In this document: piece after piece, positions 1-12,390 of the stretch
How positions within the stretch are numbered: the stretch's first letter is position 1
How the letters are laid out: each line of letters opens with the position of its first letter
DNA from: Camelus dromedarius
Taxonomy: Eukaryota
DNA length: 64,000 nucleotides
Reading direction: 5' to 3'
NCBI RefSeq assembly: GCF_036321535.1
Contig: NC_087453.1
Coordinates: forward strand, 124,001-188,000
Made by a program: the position numbers and the translations under genes
The notes under the pieces: generated by a model
The model's input: the letters and a program-made list of their open reading frames with translations, nothing else
The model's database searches: none
What the model was told of the DNA's origin: nothing

Positions 1-3000
1 GGGGGTGCCTCAGGGCATGCAGATGAGGCTCCAGGGCAGGGCTCGTGCTGCTCCGCGTGCAGCCCTGAGGTGGGGCACGGAAGAGCATCAGCAAGCCATG
101 TGAGTGTGTATCAGCCTGAGGGAGAACGGATGCCACGGGTGTGTAAACACGATGTGGGGGGAGCATGCTGCAAACCCCGGGCACGAGACACACGTGTGTT
201 CACAACACACGAGCAGCAGGCATGTGACCGCAGGGCGCCGGCCTGCCCTGGCCGCCCCATCCCCCGCCCGGGCCCTCCAGCCAGAGACAGCCCCTGGCCT
301 GTGCCTAGCCTTCCCTGCCGAGGCCCAGGCTCTCAGTGAGCAGCCTGGACAGCCCCTCCCCACCTCAGATGGACCTAAAAGCGGCAGTCAGGACACCGCC
401 GTGCACAACCTGGAAGTAATGGGAAGTTCATGAAAGTGTCGGGCTGAGGACGGGGGGCTGAGGATGGGGCGCTGAGGTCCACGTCTGCGGTGAGGACATG
501 TGTGCAACCCCAGGTTCTGCGGCAGGTTCTGGCGGGGCTGGTGCCGGGCAGACAGAAAGAGGGGAGGGAACAAGCAGGCCAGAGACCCCTGGCCCAGCAG
601 GACCCATCCTCCTGGCCCTACCAGCTGCCAGCTCGGTCTCCCTCCCCATGCCACAAACAGAGCTCTTGGTTCAAGGTCAACAAGCAGAAAGACCCTCTGG
701 GCCTGTGGAGAAGGCCTGGCTCCCTGGGCCCAGAAACCAGCGGAGCTGTGGCCATGAGGCCCTCATGAGGGGCAATCAGTGCCCACCCCGGGGCCACTGG
801 GAGGCCTGGCCTCTTCTCCTGACCTGAGCACGAGTCAGCCTGGCCTGTCCACCCACCTTCAGTGAGAATTCGTGGCCTGACCAGGACACCGGGCGAAAGA
901 CGCTTCTTCCCTGGGCCCATCTCCTCCTAGGCCGCTCCAGGTGGAGGTGGAGGGTGTCAGGGCACATACACCCCCACCCAATGTGTGTCCACACTCCCAG
1001 ACATGTCTGTGACCCGTCTCACTGGAGACAGAGGCACCTGAGCCACCACAGGGGCCCTGTCCACAAATACTCCCCGAGCACTAAGCCCACCCAGGAGACA
1101 TGCCCAGAGCTGAGGGCAGGGACACCTCCTCAGTGAAGCCCTCTGTAGGTCCTGTTCCTGGTTGTTGGCGCCTGGACAGGAAGGAAGGGACAGCGGCTAC
1201 CACCAGGTGGCCAGCCTTACTCCCCACCCCTCCTGTTTCTGTGGGAGGGGAGGCAGTGAGCTCTCTGGACATTGGCTTAACACTCCCAGGCTGAGAAGGG
1301 CTGGGCGCCTGGGGAAGACATGTGCCTCCTCTGCTCTCTGCCTCTTAGCAGGCACGCGGGAGGGGGCACATGGGCAGGGCAGGCCTCAGAGCAACCAGCC
1401 TCAAGCCCCAGGCTGCCCCTCAGATCTCTGCATCCCAAAGGCCTCGGACGGGGTTGGTGCTGCCCTTGGCCAGCTGGACTCTGACACCATCCTGACCTCC
1501 GACCTTCCTGCCCCTACAGACCCCAATGTCAGGGTTCCAGTGAAGGCCTCTCCCAGCCTCCCTGCTCCCCCACCCCTCACCCCACAGACCCACAGTCTGA
1601 GGACATGGCAGACCCATCCTCCCCTCCTCAAAACTCTCAGGAAAGCCAGAGACAGTGTCCTGGGAAGGGTGGACCAGCTCCCCCTGGAGGCCCCTCCCTC
1701 CCCTGAGGCTCTTGGCCCCCACACACTCACAAGGCCTCTCCTACCTCTGTGGTTTCAGCACAAGTGTCCTTCTCGGCGAGGACTACGGGTTGTCTCTGCC
1801 CTCTCCCAGGCACTCCTCATCTCTGGATAAATTGCACACTGCACGTGGTACTTCGTTACCTTGTTTACTACCTCCCCCACTGAAAGGTCGGCCCCAGGAA
1901 AGCAGGCGTTTTCCCCTCCCTGTTCACCACTCTGTTCCTGGACAGACACCTGCAGGGCAGATGAATGACCCTGGGCTCAGGGCTAGGATATTTGCCAGAT
2001 GGTTGAGCGGAGGCCCCAGTGGGACCCCAGTCTGGCTGCCCCAGGCCCCTCCCACCCACCCTGAGCACAGGGAGGTCAGAAAACATCAGGAACCCCCAAG
2101 CCATGACCTCCCCCAGGGAGGGCTTGGTGCCCACCAGTGCTAACGGAGAGAGAGGTGGCTGGGGACCTACAGGCAGGGCCAGGAGTCCTGAATTGACACG
2201 TCTGAAAAGGCCCCTCTTGGTTTTACAAATACAGTTCTCGTTCTGCTTCCCTGGAGATGGGACCTGAATCGCCTGCCTCTATGCAGCAAGCTAAGCCTCC
2301 CAGCTACCCACTTAGCGGCAGCCGGGGCCCAGGCACTTACCCTGCTGGGCCTGTCCTCTGAACGAGTGCGCCCGGAGAGCGGGACAGTGGGCAGGCCTGG
2401 AATCCAGCCTGCAGGGCAGAGAGCCTGCCCCCTGCATCAGGCCAGCCTGACGGAGCTGAGGTGGCCAAACACACACAGAGGCACACAGGTGAGCGAGCAA
2501 CGCTCGCCAGCCTGAGTGTGTGCACGTGTGTCCGGGTAAGTGTGTGTCTAACTGTATGCATCTGCAGTGTCTGTGTGTCTGCCTGTGTCTGCGTGTATGG
2601 TGTGCATGTGTGTATGTGTGTGTGACAATTGTCAGGGTCAGCTAGAAGGTGGTGCCAAGCCAGGTGAATGACACAACTGTCACTCTTGCTTGCTCGTGCC
2701 TTACAGTCTGGGTCCTGGCTCTCACTGCCTGCCAGCCCCCTGGGCAGGGCCAGTCACCACCTGGGGACGGGGGGCTCACTGGGCTGCTGGGATCTGCTTC
2801 TCCCCACAGCGAGCACTGCACGAGACAGCCCGTGAATGCACACTCAGGCCACGCAGACTCACGTGCTGCACCCCACCCTGGCCCCTCCCCTCCACCACCC
2901 GCTCCACAGCCTGAAAGTCCTCATGGGCTGATTGCAAACCTGAAAATGGAACTGCTCTCCACAGAGCAACATTCACACAATGCCTGACCCATGGGCAGAC

Positions 3001-6000
3001 AAAGCGCCCTGCTGCCCCAAGGGCGGATGACGAGGTGAACGAGGGGCATCTGCGGATCCCCACACCTGCAGGCCTGGCGTCAGCCCCTCCTCAGCCCCCT
3101 GAGCCCTGCTGCCCTGGGCCCCCCTCCTCTCTCCACTTCGATGTGACAGGCTGGGCAGGGAGCCAGGCAGCCCTCAGGACAGACTAGGAACAGCAGAGAT
3201 GAGACTTCCCAGTCTGACACTGCGGGGTGAGGGGGGCCCCAGACTCAGTTTGCCTCAGAGGAAGCCAGGGCCAAGGTGGAAAATGCCCTCGAGGGGTCTT
3301 GTAATTCTGCTGTGCCTGCCCCCCCGGGGGCTTGAGGGGAGACCTCCTAGAGCAGCCAGGTCTGCAGAAAGTCTGGGGGTGGCATCTGGTGTCCTGCCGC
3401 GCTGGGACAAAGGGCAGGAGGGGCCTAAGGGCGAAGAGCCCCCACCCCAGGCCCGTGTTCAGGGGGGACTAGTCAGTTACGTGCTGGCTGGCGGGCAGAC
3501 AGAGCTCTGGCCCGCCCCCCCCCCGCCAAGATGCTCAGGATATGGGAACCCTCCCCAGCATCCATCCCCCGGGAGGCCCACAACCAGGCCCAGAGGGGTA
3601 AGCCCTGCCCCACACTCGGGACACAGCTGAGTGACAGGAGGCCTGGGCCACTCCCTACAGGTCCAGCACCTGGCTGTGGTCAGCCATTCCCTCCCCAGCC
3701 CAGCCCGGCCCACAAGCCTGTCCACATGCAGGTTGCACGATCAAGGGGGACAGGCAGCCCGTACACCAGACTTCATCTGCTCTCTGTCCTGTCTCTGGGG
3801 TCCAGGACCTGTGAACTGACCCAGCACCCCTCCCACCCCTGAAAAACCCCCAAATCACGAAATTCAGCCCTAAATTCAGGGGCCTCTCCTAACACTCCCT
3901 GACTGCCCATCCCCTGGCCTCGCTGGGCCTCAGCCTGGGGCACCAATGACCAGTCCAGAACCTGCCCCATCCAGACCAAAGGGCGGCTCCCTCCCTCCCA
4001 GGCCCACGGGTTCTCAGAAGCAAGACCAGGAGAGCAGTGCCCAGCCAGTCACCCTGCTTCTCATCAAGAATTTCCTCATTCAAATCTACAAAGGTCTGCG
4101 GTGCTCCTAGGGGACAGTGAAGGTCCCCAGGGAAGTCCTGGCCGCAGTGCCCCACACACACCAGAAATGAAAGCCTGTGTATAAAGACCACTTGAAGGCA
4201 TGGAGTTCTTGGGGAACCAGGGGCGTGGAGGGTCACTCCTGGGGGAGGCCCACTGGATGAAGGCTCAGCCCTGGTGGGTAGCTGGAGCTCCAGGCCAAGG
4301 CTCACAGCCCTCAGCCTCCCAGAGCCAGCAGGCCACACCCACCTCTGGGCCCACAGAAGGGGAGGCCAGCGCCCCTGGACGCAGCCTTAGGCCTGGTGAC
4401 TTCAGGGTGCCTGGGAAAGTGCCCGGGCTCCTGTCCTGGCCCAGGCCACAGGCAGAGGGACCACAACTCTAGTGAAGGAAGCAGGCCTGTGAGGGCAATG
4501 ACAGCCTCGACACCCTGTGGGCAGTGAACAGCCACGTCTCCCCAGGCTGGAAGCACACAGACCCTCTGACCTGGAAGTCCACCTGAGTTGCTGCCCGAAA
4601 AGGGCGCCAGACACTGTCACTAGCTGCAGCGTCACCTGCAAAAGCACAGCCAGAGACAGCCCAGCCAGAGACAGCCCAGCCGTCCACCCACTGGGGTTAA
4701 ATAAGTCATGTGTGTCCAGTAGACCGAGAAAACGCGGAGCTGGGCAGGAAAGTGAAGACTGAGTGCAGAGTGAAATGCGTTCTCACCACCAGCGCAGAGT
4801 TCTTGGAGATCGCAGTGGCAGCGGGACCAAGGGAGGGTCTTCCACCACTTGTGTGAGTTTTTACATGTACGAGCTCCTCTTTCAGAAAAACAAAAAAGAA
4901 GAAGTTGGCTTGTATGTGGGCCACAGGTTCTGAATCCACATGAAGGCATACAGAGACCCCGACCACCACACCCAGACAGGGAGCTGCACAGATCCCCCCC
5001 AGACAGAGGTACAGAGCTCACCAAAGAAACTGCACACAGACACGTGTGCATACACGTGTACACGGGAACACACACATGCACACGCATGCACACTCACAAG
5101 GTCCTCCAAGAAACCCACACACGCAGATAAGTGTGCCCAGGTCCATAGAGACCCACGGACAGAGGCCCAAATGTGTTCAGTGGAGCCCGCAGGCTGCCCC
5201 CTAGCCCGGGCTCACCCAGAGGCCCCTGCACTGCATGCCTCCCAACACAGGCACACTCACGCACAGAAACGCACCAGGGCTGCCCACTGGAGAGTCTAGC
5301 CAGGCAAGTGAGCTCGGCAGCAGCCCTGGGGATGACTGCAGCGCCGCCTCAGCTCCCGCCCCCTTCCTCCCGGCTCCACTCCACGTCAGCCAGTGGGACC
5401 CGCCTCCCTCCCTCCCTCACGGGCAATAGCGCTGCCACCAGGCTGGAGACCTTGGGGGGGAAGCCAGTTCCCGCTGAGCTGCAGAGCTGCTGGCTGGCGA
5501 GCAGGTCCTAGAAGGCCCGCAGGGGGTTGAGAGCGGATTGGAGGGGGCCTGTCGGTGGAGGCCACACCTCCACCCCTGCCACTGCCTGATCTGGCCACCG
5601 CCACATGCCCACCAAGGCCACCAACTTCTGGTCACGTGTCTCCAGACAGGTCAGTGAGGGAAACAGCAGGTAGCCACACACAGAGGGTCTGCTGTGTGAC
5701 TGGGAGGGCACCTCTCCAGGACTCCGGGTTTCCAAGGTGGGCAGGGATATGCTGGAAGGTGCATTTTCGAAAGGGCTGTCTTAACTTTCTGTAGCTTGTG
5801 CTCTGGGGTGTGGCCGGGACAGGGGCTGGGGGGAGGAATCTAAGCCCTCCCTTCCCTGAAGGGAGGTCAGCAGATGCTCTCTGCAGATGGAGGGGGGCCG
5901 GGGGAAGGAAACTGACCAGTCAAAAATGCTGCCCTGGAGGAGGCCCCCGTGCACTCCACCAGGCTCTCTCTGGTCACTGGACAGGGATGGATGGAGAGAG

Positions 6001-6208
6001 ACTCCATGCGTCCCTGACCCTGGCAAAGTGACCTAAGCCTCTGCCAGAGAACTTGAGGCAGCTGCTGTTCTAAGCTGACAGCCAGATCCCAAAGTTTCTG
6101 GTTGTTTCTTTCTCAGAATCCAGCCCAAGGAGGCCCCTGCCCAGATCCCCGGCTCTGAAGCACCTCTTACCAGCCCAGGGCACAACTTAGTAACAGCCCC
6201 AACTCACA

Positions 6209-7216
6209 ATGGAAGCCAGTGGGCCGGAGGGTCTGGACAGCAGAGCCTCCCCCTTCGCAGGCATGCCAGGCGCCAGCCTCTCTTGGGACAATGGCACCAG
6301 ACACAACATCACCTTCCCAGAGCCCCTGCCGGCCCTCTACGTGCTCCTGCCAGTAGTGTACTCTGTCATCTGTGCTGTGGGGCTGATGGGCAACACGATT
6401 GTCATCTGTGTGATCCTACGGGCGCCCAAGATGAAGACCGTGACGCACGTGTTCATCCTGAACCTGGCCGTCGCCGACGGGCTCTTCACACTGGTCCTGC
6501 CAGCCAATATCACCGAGCATGTGCTGCAGCGCTGGCCCTTCGGGGAGCTGCTCTGCAAGCTGGTGCTGGCCATCGACCACTGCAACATCTTCTCCAGCGT
6601 CTACTTCCTGGCTGCCATGAGCGTGGACCGCTACCTGGTGGTGCTGGCCACGGCGCGCTCCCGCCGCGTGCCCCGGCGCACCCTCCGGGGGGCGAAGATC
6701 ACCAGCCTGTGCGTCTGGCTGGGCGTCACCGTGGCAGTGCTGCCTTTCTTCACCTTTGCCGGCGTCTACAGCAACGAGCTGCAGGTCACGAGCTGCGGGC
6801 TGAGCTTCCCACGGCCAGAGCGCGCCTGGTTCCAGGCGAGCCGCATCTATACGCTGGTCCTTGGCTTCGCGGTGCCCATGTGCACCCTCTGTGTGCTCTA
6901 TGTGGACCTGCTGCGGCGGCTGCGAGCCCTGCGGCTCCACTCTGGGGCCAAAGCTCTAGGCAAGGCCAGGAGGAAGGTGACCATCCTGGTCCTGGCCGTG
7001 CTGGCTGTGGGCCTGCTCTGCTGGGCGCCCTTCCACCTGGCCTCTGTCGTGGCCCTGGCCACAGACCTGCCCCAGACACCACTGGTCATCACTGTCTCCT
7101 ACGTCATCACCAGCCTCAGCTATGCCAGCTCCTGCCTCAACCCCTTCCTCTACGCCTTCCTGGACAACACCTTTCGAAAGAACCTCCGTGCCATGTTCCG
7201 GTGCCCAGGGCCGTGA
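6209..7216 (+). CDS. NPBWR2: Neuropeptides B/W receptor type 2 (GPR8), class A GPCR, single coding exon, 335 aa
   Basis: Open ORF from an ATG in strong Kozak context (acaATGg). Seven hydrophobic segments with GN (TM1), LAVAD (TM2), DRY, CWAPF and NPFLY motifs. Recognisably matches mammalian NPBWR2 (WDNGTRHN..FPEPLPALYVLLP, KALGKARRKV, TDLPQTPLV). Lies tail-to-tail with OPRL1. Confidence 0.97.
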   Translation: MEASGPEGLDSRASPFAGMPGASLSWDNGTRHNITFPEPLPALYVLLPVVYSVICAVGLMGNTIVICVILRAPKMKTVTHVFILNLAVADGLFTLVLPANITEHVLQRWPFGELLCKLVLAIDHCNIFSSVYFLAAMSVDRYLVVLATARSRRVPRRTLRGAKITSLCVWLGVTVAVLPFFTFAGVYSNELQVTSCGLSFPRPERAWFQASRIYTLVLGFAVPMCTLCVLYVDLLRRLRALRLHSGAKALGKARRKVTILVLAVLAVGLLCWAPFHLASVVALATDLPQTPLVITVSYVITSLSYASSCLNPFLYAFLDNTFRKNLRAMFRCPGP

Positions 7217-8463
7217 GCACCCCTCCTGCCATGGCCCAGACTTCGTGAAAAGCACTCTCCTGTTCTCCTGAACACTCCCACTTGTTCACATCCCGTCACT
7301 GTCTTCTCTAGGCAGAGAGATAAAGACTCACGAAAGTTGGCCATTGGACCTGCAGAGATGACATGGACTTAACACATGTCTCTGCCCCCTGGACAGCCCC
7401 TGGGTGGTCAGCTGCGGGGATTCAGGTCCTGGCCCCCCATGCCGCCTGCAGACCCAGACAGAAGATCCAGCACCAAGACATCCTGGCCATATGCAGCCAC
7501 AGAGGGACAGACAGACCACCTCCCTGGTCAGCTCCTTCTTCATCCTCCCTGACGTCCGCGGTCTGGAGGAGAGAAGCCTGAGCTGTGGTCTCGCCCTGGG
7601 GCCGGCTCTGCATCCTACCATCAGGGTCCCTTGGGTTCCTCCTGACACAGGACTGGGAGGTGACAAAAGTGGGACCCCTGGGGCAGCAAAGGCAGGCGCC
7701 ACTGAAATGCCAAAGACGCCCATCCACTGAGGCCACGAAGTGCACTCTCACGGCCGAAACTCAGGTGATGTTTTGCCAGGAGGCCTGTGCCCACATCCCC
7801 TCCTGGCTCCTTGAGTGAGGAGGCCCATGCCCCCTTGTCCCACCAAGCCGTTGCCTGTGGCCCCATGTCCTGCTTTAGGACCCAGGGCCCTTCTGCCAGG
7901 ACCTCTGGACCCCCACAGTCTAGAGGAAGCATCTGTCACTCTACAGGCTGGCATCTGGACCCCTTCCTCCCTGGCTTCTGTGTGGCCTGGGGCCTAGACT
8001 CAGATGGCAGGGCCTCCACGCCAGGCCTCCAGGGGTTGGGCAGGGCACTGAGATGCCGGCTGCTCAGAGACCGCTTTCTGCCACTTGGGAGGGGCAAGGG
8101 CCAGGCCCCTGAAGACCACCTTGGTGGGGCTCTGCCAGGCCCCCTGCTCTTGGCCCCATGGCTCCCAGTGGCTTCCACACCCGGAGCTCCAGCTGTGCTG
8201 TCCCGTGAGCCACCTGCCCAGCATCCAGTAACCCTTCTAAGCTTACGGGGCCCCTGGTTGGTTTCAGTCCTTGTGACACGGTTCTGGCCAGTCTGTCCAG
8301 ATGACAAGCAGGACCCACCTTTTCCCACCAGGTGAGGTGGCCCCCAGGGCGCATGGCCGCCTCCCCTACCCAATGGCTCAGGCCCATATCACTCTCCCTC
8401 CTCGCTTTCAGCCTGAAACAACTCAGACACTACCTCCATCCTGTTATCTTCCCAACAACCACC

Positions 8464-8790
8464 TATTAGCAAGCTACTGCAGTATAACAAATTTCCCCCC
8501 AACTCAGAGCTCAGAACGACATTTCCTATCTCCCAACTCCTGTCCGTCAGGAATCTTAGAGCAACTCTCCGCTGCCTCTGGCACAGGGTCTCTGTAAGAT
8601 TTCAGTCAGGACCCCGGCCAAGGCCTCAGTCACCTGAAGGCTGGACTGGGGCTGGAGAAGCCGGTCCACCACATGGCCACTGGCAGCAGGCCTCAGCTCC
8701 TCACCCCGTGGACTGTCCACAGGGCTGCTTGGGCGTCTGCAGGACAGAGCACAGGTCCCCAGGGCAGCATCGGACAGAGAGCAGGGGAGC
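8464..8790 (-). mobile_element. Degenerate MaLR solo LTR (MLT1F/G-like)
   Basis: Recognisable MLT1 motifs: 'tataacaaattt', 'gtcaggaatc', 'cacctgaaggctggactggggctggag', 'ggcctcagctcctc', 'cacagggctgcttg'. Confidence 0.7.
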
Positions 8791-9039
8791 CTCAACACCT
8801 CTCAAGGCCTATCTCTGAAGCCACTCGGCCACAGCCTGCTCCTCAGAAGCAGCCCCCAAGGCCAGCCCACACTCAGGGGCTGTGGGCACTTAAACCCCCA
8901 CCTGCACCTGCTTCTCTCCCAGGAAGAACTGGCTGTTCCTGCCGCGCAGCAGTCACACCTCTCCCAACAGCAGCCATAATTACCCTGTCAGCGCTCATCC
9001 TGTGCCCTGAGAGCTCCTTGAGAGGGGAAGTTGCGACTC

Positions 9040-10160
9040 CCACACCCCAGCTACGCCCGCAGCGGGCCCAGCGCAGCGAGGTGTAAATGCGCGCGGTGCA
9101 AACGCGGCGCGAGCAGGCGCCGAGCGGCGGGGGCCGAGACGCCTCCGGGAACGCCGGAGGAGGGGCGCCGCGCCAGGGCAAGTCTCCCACCCGGTCCCCA
9201 GTGTGCCATCTGGCCCCAGCAGAACATCCCTACAGCACAGAAGGTGCCGACCAAGGCTCCTCATTAGACCCCACACCCTTTATTCCGCGGGGTGGCTGCT
9301 GCCCCATCAGTAGCCTAGCAGTCTTGCACTGGGAACACCGAGGCAGATGAGGCACAGACCCCCGCCCACCCCGACATCCGAGAGGGCGGGTACCCCCGCA
9401 AAACCCCAAGGGTGAGGGAGCCAAGATGGAGGAGAGAGGCGAAGCCTCACCAGGATCCTGCCCTAGTGAGTTGCAGACCCCGAGGAAAATGCCCCGCCTT
9501 CACCGTGACTTCCAGACACGGGGTGGGGAGCGGGCAGCGAGTGTCTCCTTGCTCTGGGCTCCTGCTCCCAGGGAGAGCTGGCGCTCTACTTCCAGTCCCC
9601 AAATCTCACGGACATTGCCCCGGACCCGGGCCCAGCACCGCCCAGCACCGCCCAGCGCAGCCCCTGGGCGGGGTCTCCCGAGGGCCACAGCGCCCCTGGT
9701 GGGCAAAGTCCAAAGCGCAGGTGAGCCGGCAGTTTCCCTGAGGCCGAGGGATCCGCTGACCCCTTCCCATCGCCCGGCCTTCCCCAGCAACCCCGCAAGG
9801 GAGGTTCAGTGTCCCTTTCGCTCAAGAGAGGAAACCGAGGATCAGAGAAGCCGGGGAACTTGACCCAACCCAGCTGGTGGGGGCGGGGCAGGGGGCTAGG
9901 GGCGAGGACGGAGACGAGGGCGGGGCCTGGAGGGGCGGGGCCGGAGGCGGGAACCGTGGGATCCGCGCGCAGATGCGGAGAGGGAGCGAGCCCTGGTCCT
10001 GCTTCCCAGGTCCCCGGGTTGCTGGCCGGCCCCTCAGCCCAGCCTGGACAGAGACGAGCGCAGACACTCGCTGTGGGGTCGGCCTGGTCGGTGGGATCAT
10101 CACAGCCTCCAGGAAACCACTCTGAGCCGCCTTCTCCGCCAGGACCTCACCGTGCCCTGA
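9040..10160. promoter_or_regulatory. Orphan CpG island between the NPBWR2 and OPRL1 3' ends
   Basis: CpG-dense blocks at 9050-9200 and 9600-10150, with GC boxes GGGCGGGGC at about 9920-9945. No coding start of the recognised genes is nearby. Confidence 0.6.
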
Positions 10161-10881
10161 GCGCCCCCCCATGCTAACTGCCACTGAGTGCCCCCCACCC
10201 CGGCCTTCCCTTGATGCTAAATTGTTTGGGTTAACAATTTGCTTGTCATTAAAACGTACATGAAACCGGACGTTGGCCCATCTGCCTGTGCCCAAACACT
10301 GAGACCAAGCCCACTCCCTTTACCCCCTACCCCACCCAAAGCCCCTCTCTGACAGGGTCGTCTGCCCCAGGTTCAACCCCGGGCAGAACTTGTCCCACAC
10401 AGGAGCCAGGAGGACATCTGAATCCCAGGGCCGCCAAAGGAGGCTGTTCTGTTCATCTGTCATCAAACGTCCCTCGGATAGGCTCAAGGAGGCAGAAAAG
10501 AGCTGGAGGCGGGGCAGTCTGCTAAGACTAAACGGGGTGAAGAAAATTCATGACCCGCCATGGGGGAGCACCGGCCCACTGGATCGGTGAGAACCTCCAG
10601 CTGCAAGGGCAGGCTGTGCAGTGTTTGATGTTTGGGGAGAAACTCTGCTACAGAAAGGCGACAGCTCCCCAGCACATCACGGCCAGGTTGACTGCTTCCC
10701 AAAGTGGGAGCCTCCCGGGGGGACCATCTGCCAAAGACAGAGCCTGGTCAGGTGAGGAGCACAGAGCAGATGGGAGGATAAGTCAACCTACAGCCCACAT
10801 GCTCATCCCAGAGAGGTTACCCCAACATCCCCCCAAGGAAACACCCATTATGGGCGGAGTGCCCTGGCCGGTGTGCAGGGG

Positions 10882-10887
10882 TTTATT
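10882..10887 (-). terminator. Candidate OPRL1 polyadenylation signal AATAAA
   Basis: TTTATT on the + strand, about 1.5 kb past the stop, with a GU-rich stretch (GGGTGTTTCC) downstream on the minus strand. An ATTAAA alternative lies at 11258-11263. Confidence 0.55.
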
Positions 10888-12390
10888 ATGGGCCCTGCAT
10901 CAGGACCCCTGGAGACAGATTCAGGGTTGGTTACATGCAGGGGAAATGACACGCTTCACATGCACAGATACAAGAAGACACGTGCTTCACTGGCACAGAG
11001 TCACAAATCTTTCAACTTTGGCACGAAAATGCCACAGCCATGGCAGCTCTGGTCCTCAGAGCCTCTGGCTGCAGGCAGCACAGAGAGAGCCCCGTCCTCC
11101 CCCGGACCAATCCCACAGGGCCAGGGCTCCCCAGAGCAGGAGAGGCCAGTCCAGAGTCAGTGCCTCCTGTTCTCTAAAGGTGCTGAGGTCACCTGGCCGG
11201 GGTCTGCGGCTCAGCTTACAAGTGGAGGCAGAATGATGTCTCCAGTGTTGCAGGTGCTTTAATAGTTCGTCTGCAGAAAGCATGTTTGCCAAGTCACCAA
11301 CCTTCAGCTTCTGTCTGCAGACTGGGAGGGGGCCTCTCTGGGTGGCCACAACAGAACAACACCCCCAGCCTAGGGTCCCCCATCCCAGATGGTCCCTGTA
11401 GCCTTGCTCAAGCAGAACCTGCCAGACCCCACCTCTCATACCTGCTCTCCCCATGAAACCATCCTGTGGTTTGGAGTTTTAGACAAGTCCTGGCAGCAGA
11501 AAGCTCAGGCCACCCCCACAGACACCTGGAGGCTTGTAAAAGTAATTGGGGATGCAAAGCAGCACCTGTCCCAACTGCCACCTTCCAAGGCCACTGGGAC
11601 CCAAACAGGGCACAGAGTCCTGCCAGCTACAGAACCTCTGATGGAAGTCTAGAAGGAGGACTGGGAGGAGGAGCCCGAGGGGGACACAGGCACCCCTAGA
11701 CGGGGCACGACAAAGCCCTCCCCACATCACACACATGGGGCTGCTTCACACATGATGAAGTGGGCTGCAGTGGTCATGCAGCCCCCCAGGTCCTCCTGGC
11801 CACCTCACACACCTGAATGGCCACATCTGCAGTGCAATGGGTTGTTGTCCTCCTGGAGGAAACAGGCTCACTGACAATCCTCTGAAGGGAGTGCCACTCT
11901 CAGGGTGAGTCTCACAGCCCAGAGATGTCTGCTGGGCTCTCCAGGCAGTGCCAAGCTCATCCAGCTGCCTCGAGGAGATGCCACAGGGCTCCATAATGAC
12001 GGCATGCAGCACATGGGACTGCACAGCTGCTGTCACAATGCCAGGTGTGTGCCCACCAGAGCCAAGGGCAGCAAGGGAGAGGCCAGAAGAGTCCACAAAG
12101 CTTCAGAGTGTCAGCATGGCTCTGGCCCCATGTGCTCACAGGTGAGTCCTTGCACCCCCTCCCCACCCTGCACTGGGAGGGCAGCTTCAGTATGACCTGG
12201 GCCGCAGGGGCACAATGTTCTAACCTGTCCCATGGTGTCAGCAGACCCTCTGAGGCCACAGGGAAGCCCACGGAGGCTGGTGATGCTCAGGTCATGTGTC
12301 AGCCTAGAGAGCAGTGACCTGGGTGAGCTCCGTGTTGGGTGTTGACGGGCTCTGTGGGCTGACAGGCACCATGGGCAGGTCCACGCCTAG

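Noticed and set aside
4647-4681. Short tandem duplications (15-bp x2.3 here; also 10-bp at 9631-9656, 16-bp at 20224-20260, 14-bp at 53437-53469)
   Set aside because: Two to three copies with no unique spacers: ordinary slippage duplications, not CRISPR-like arrays.
6283-7248. 321-aa alternative-frame ORF overlapping NPBWR2
   Set aside because: It starts at TTG with no ATG until the last few codons. The stop-free frame is expected from the GC3-rich codon usage of the real CDS.
9683-9703. CTCF-like CCACCAGGGGCGC on the minus strand
   Set aside because: One G short of the core spacing; cannot align to the consensus without several mismatches.
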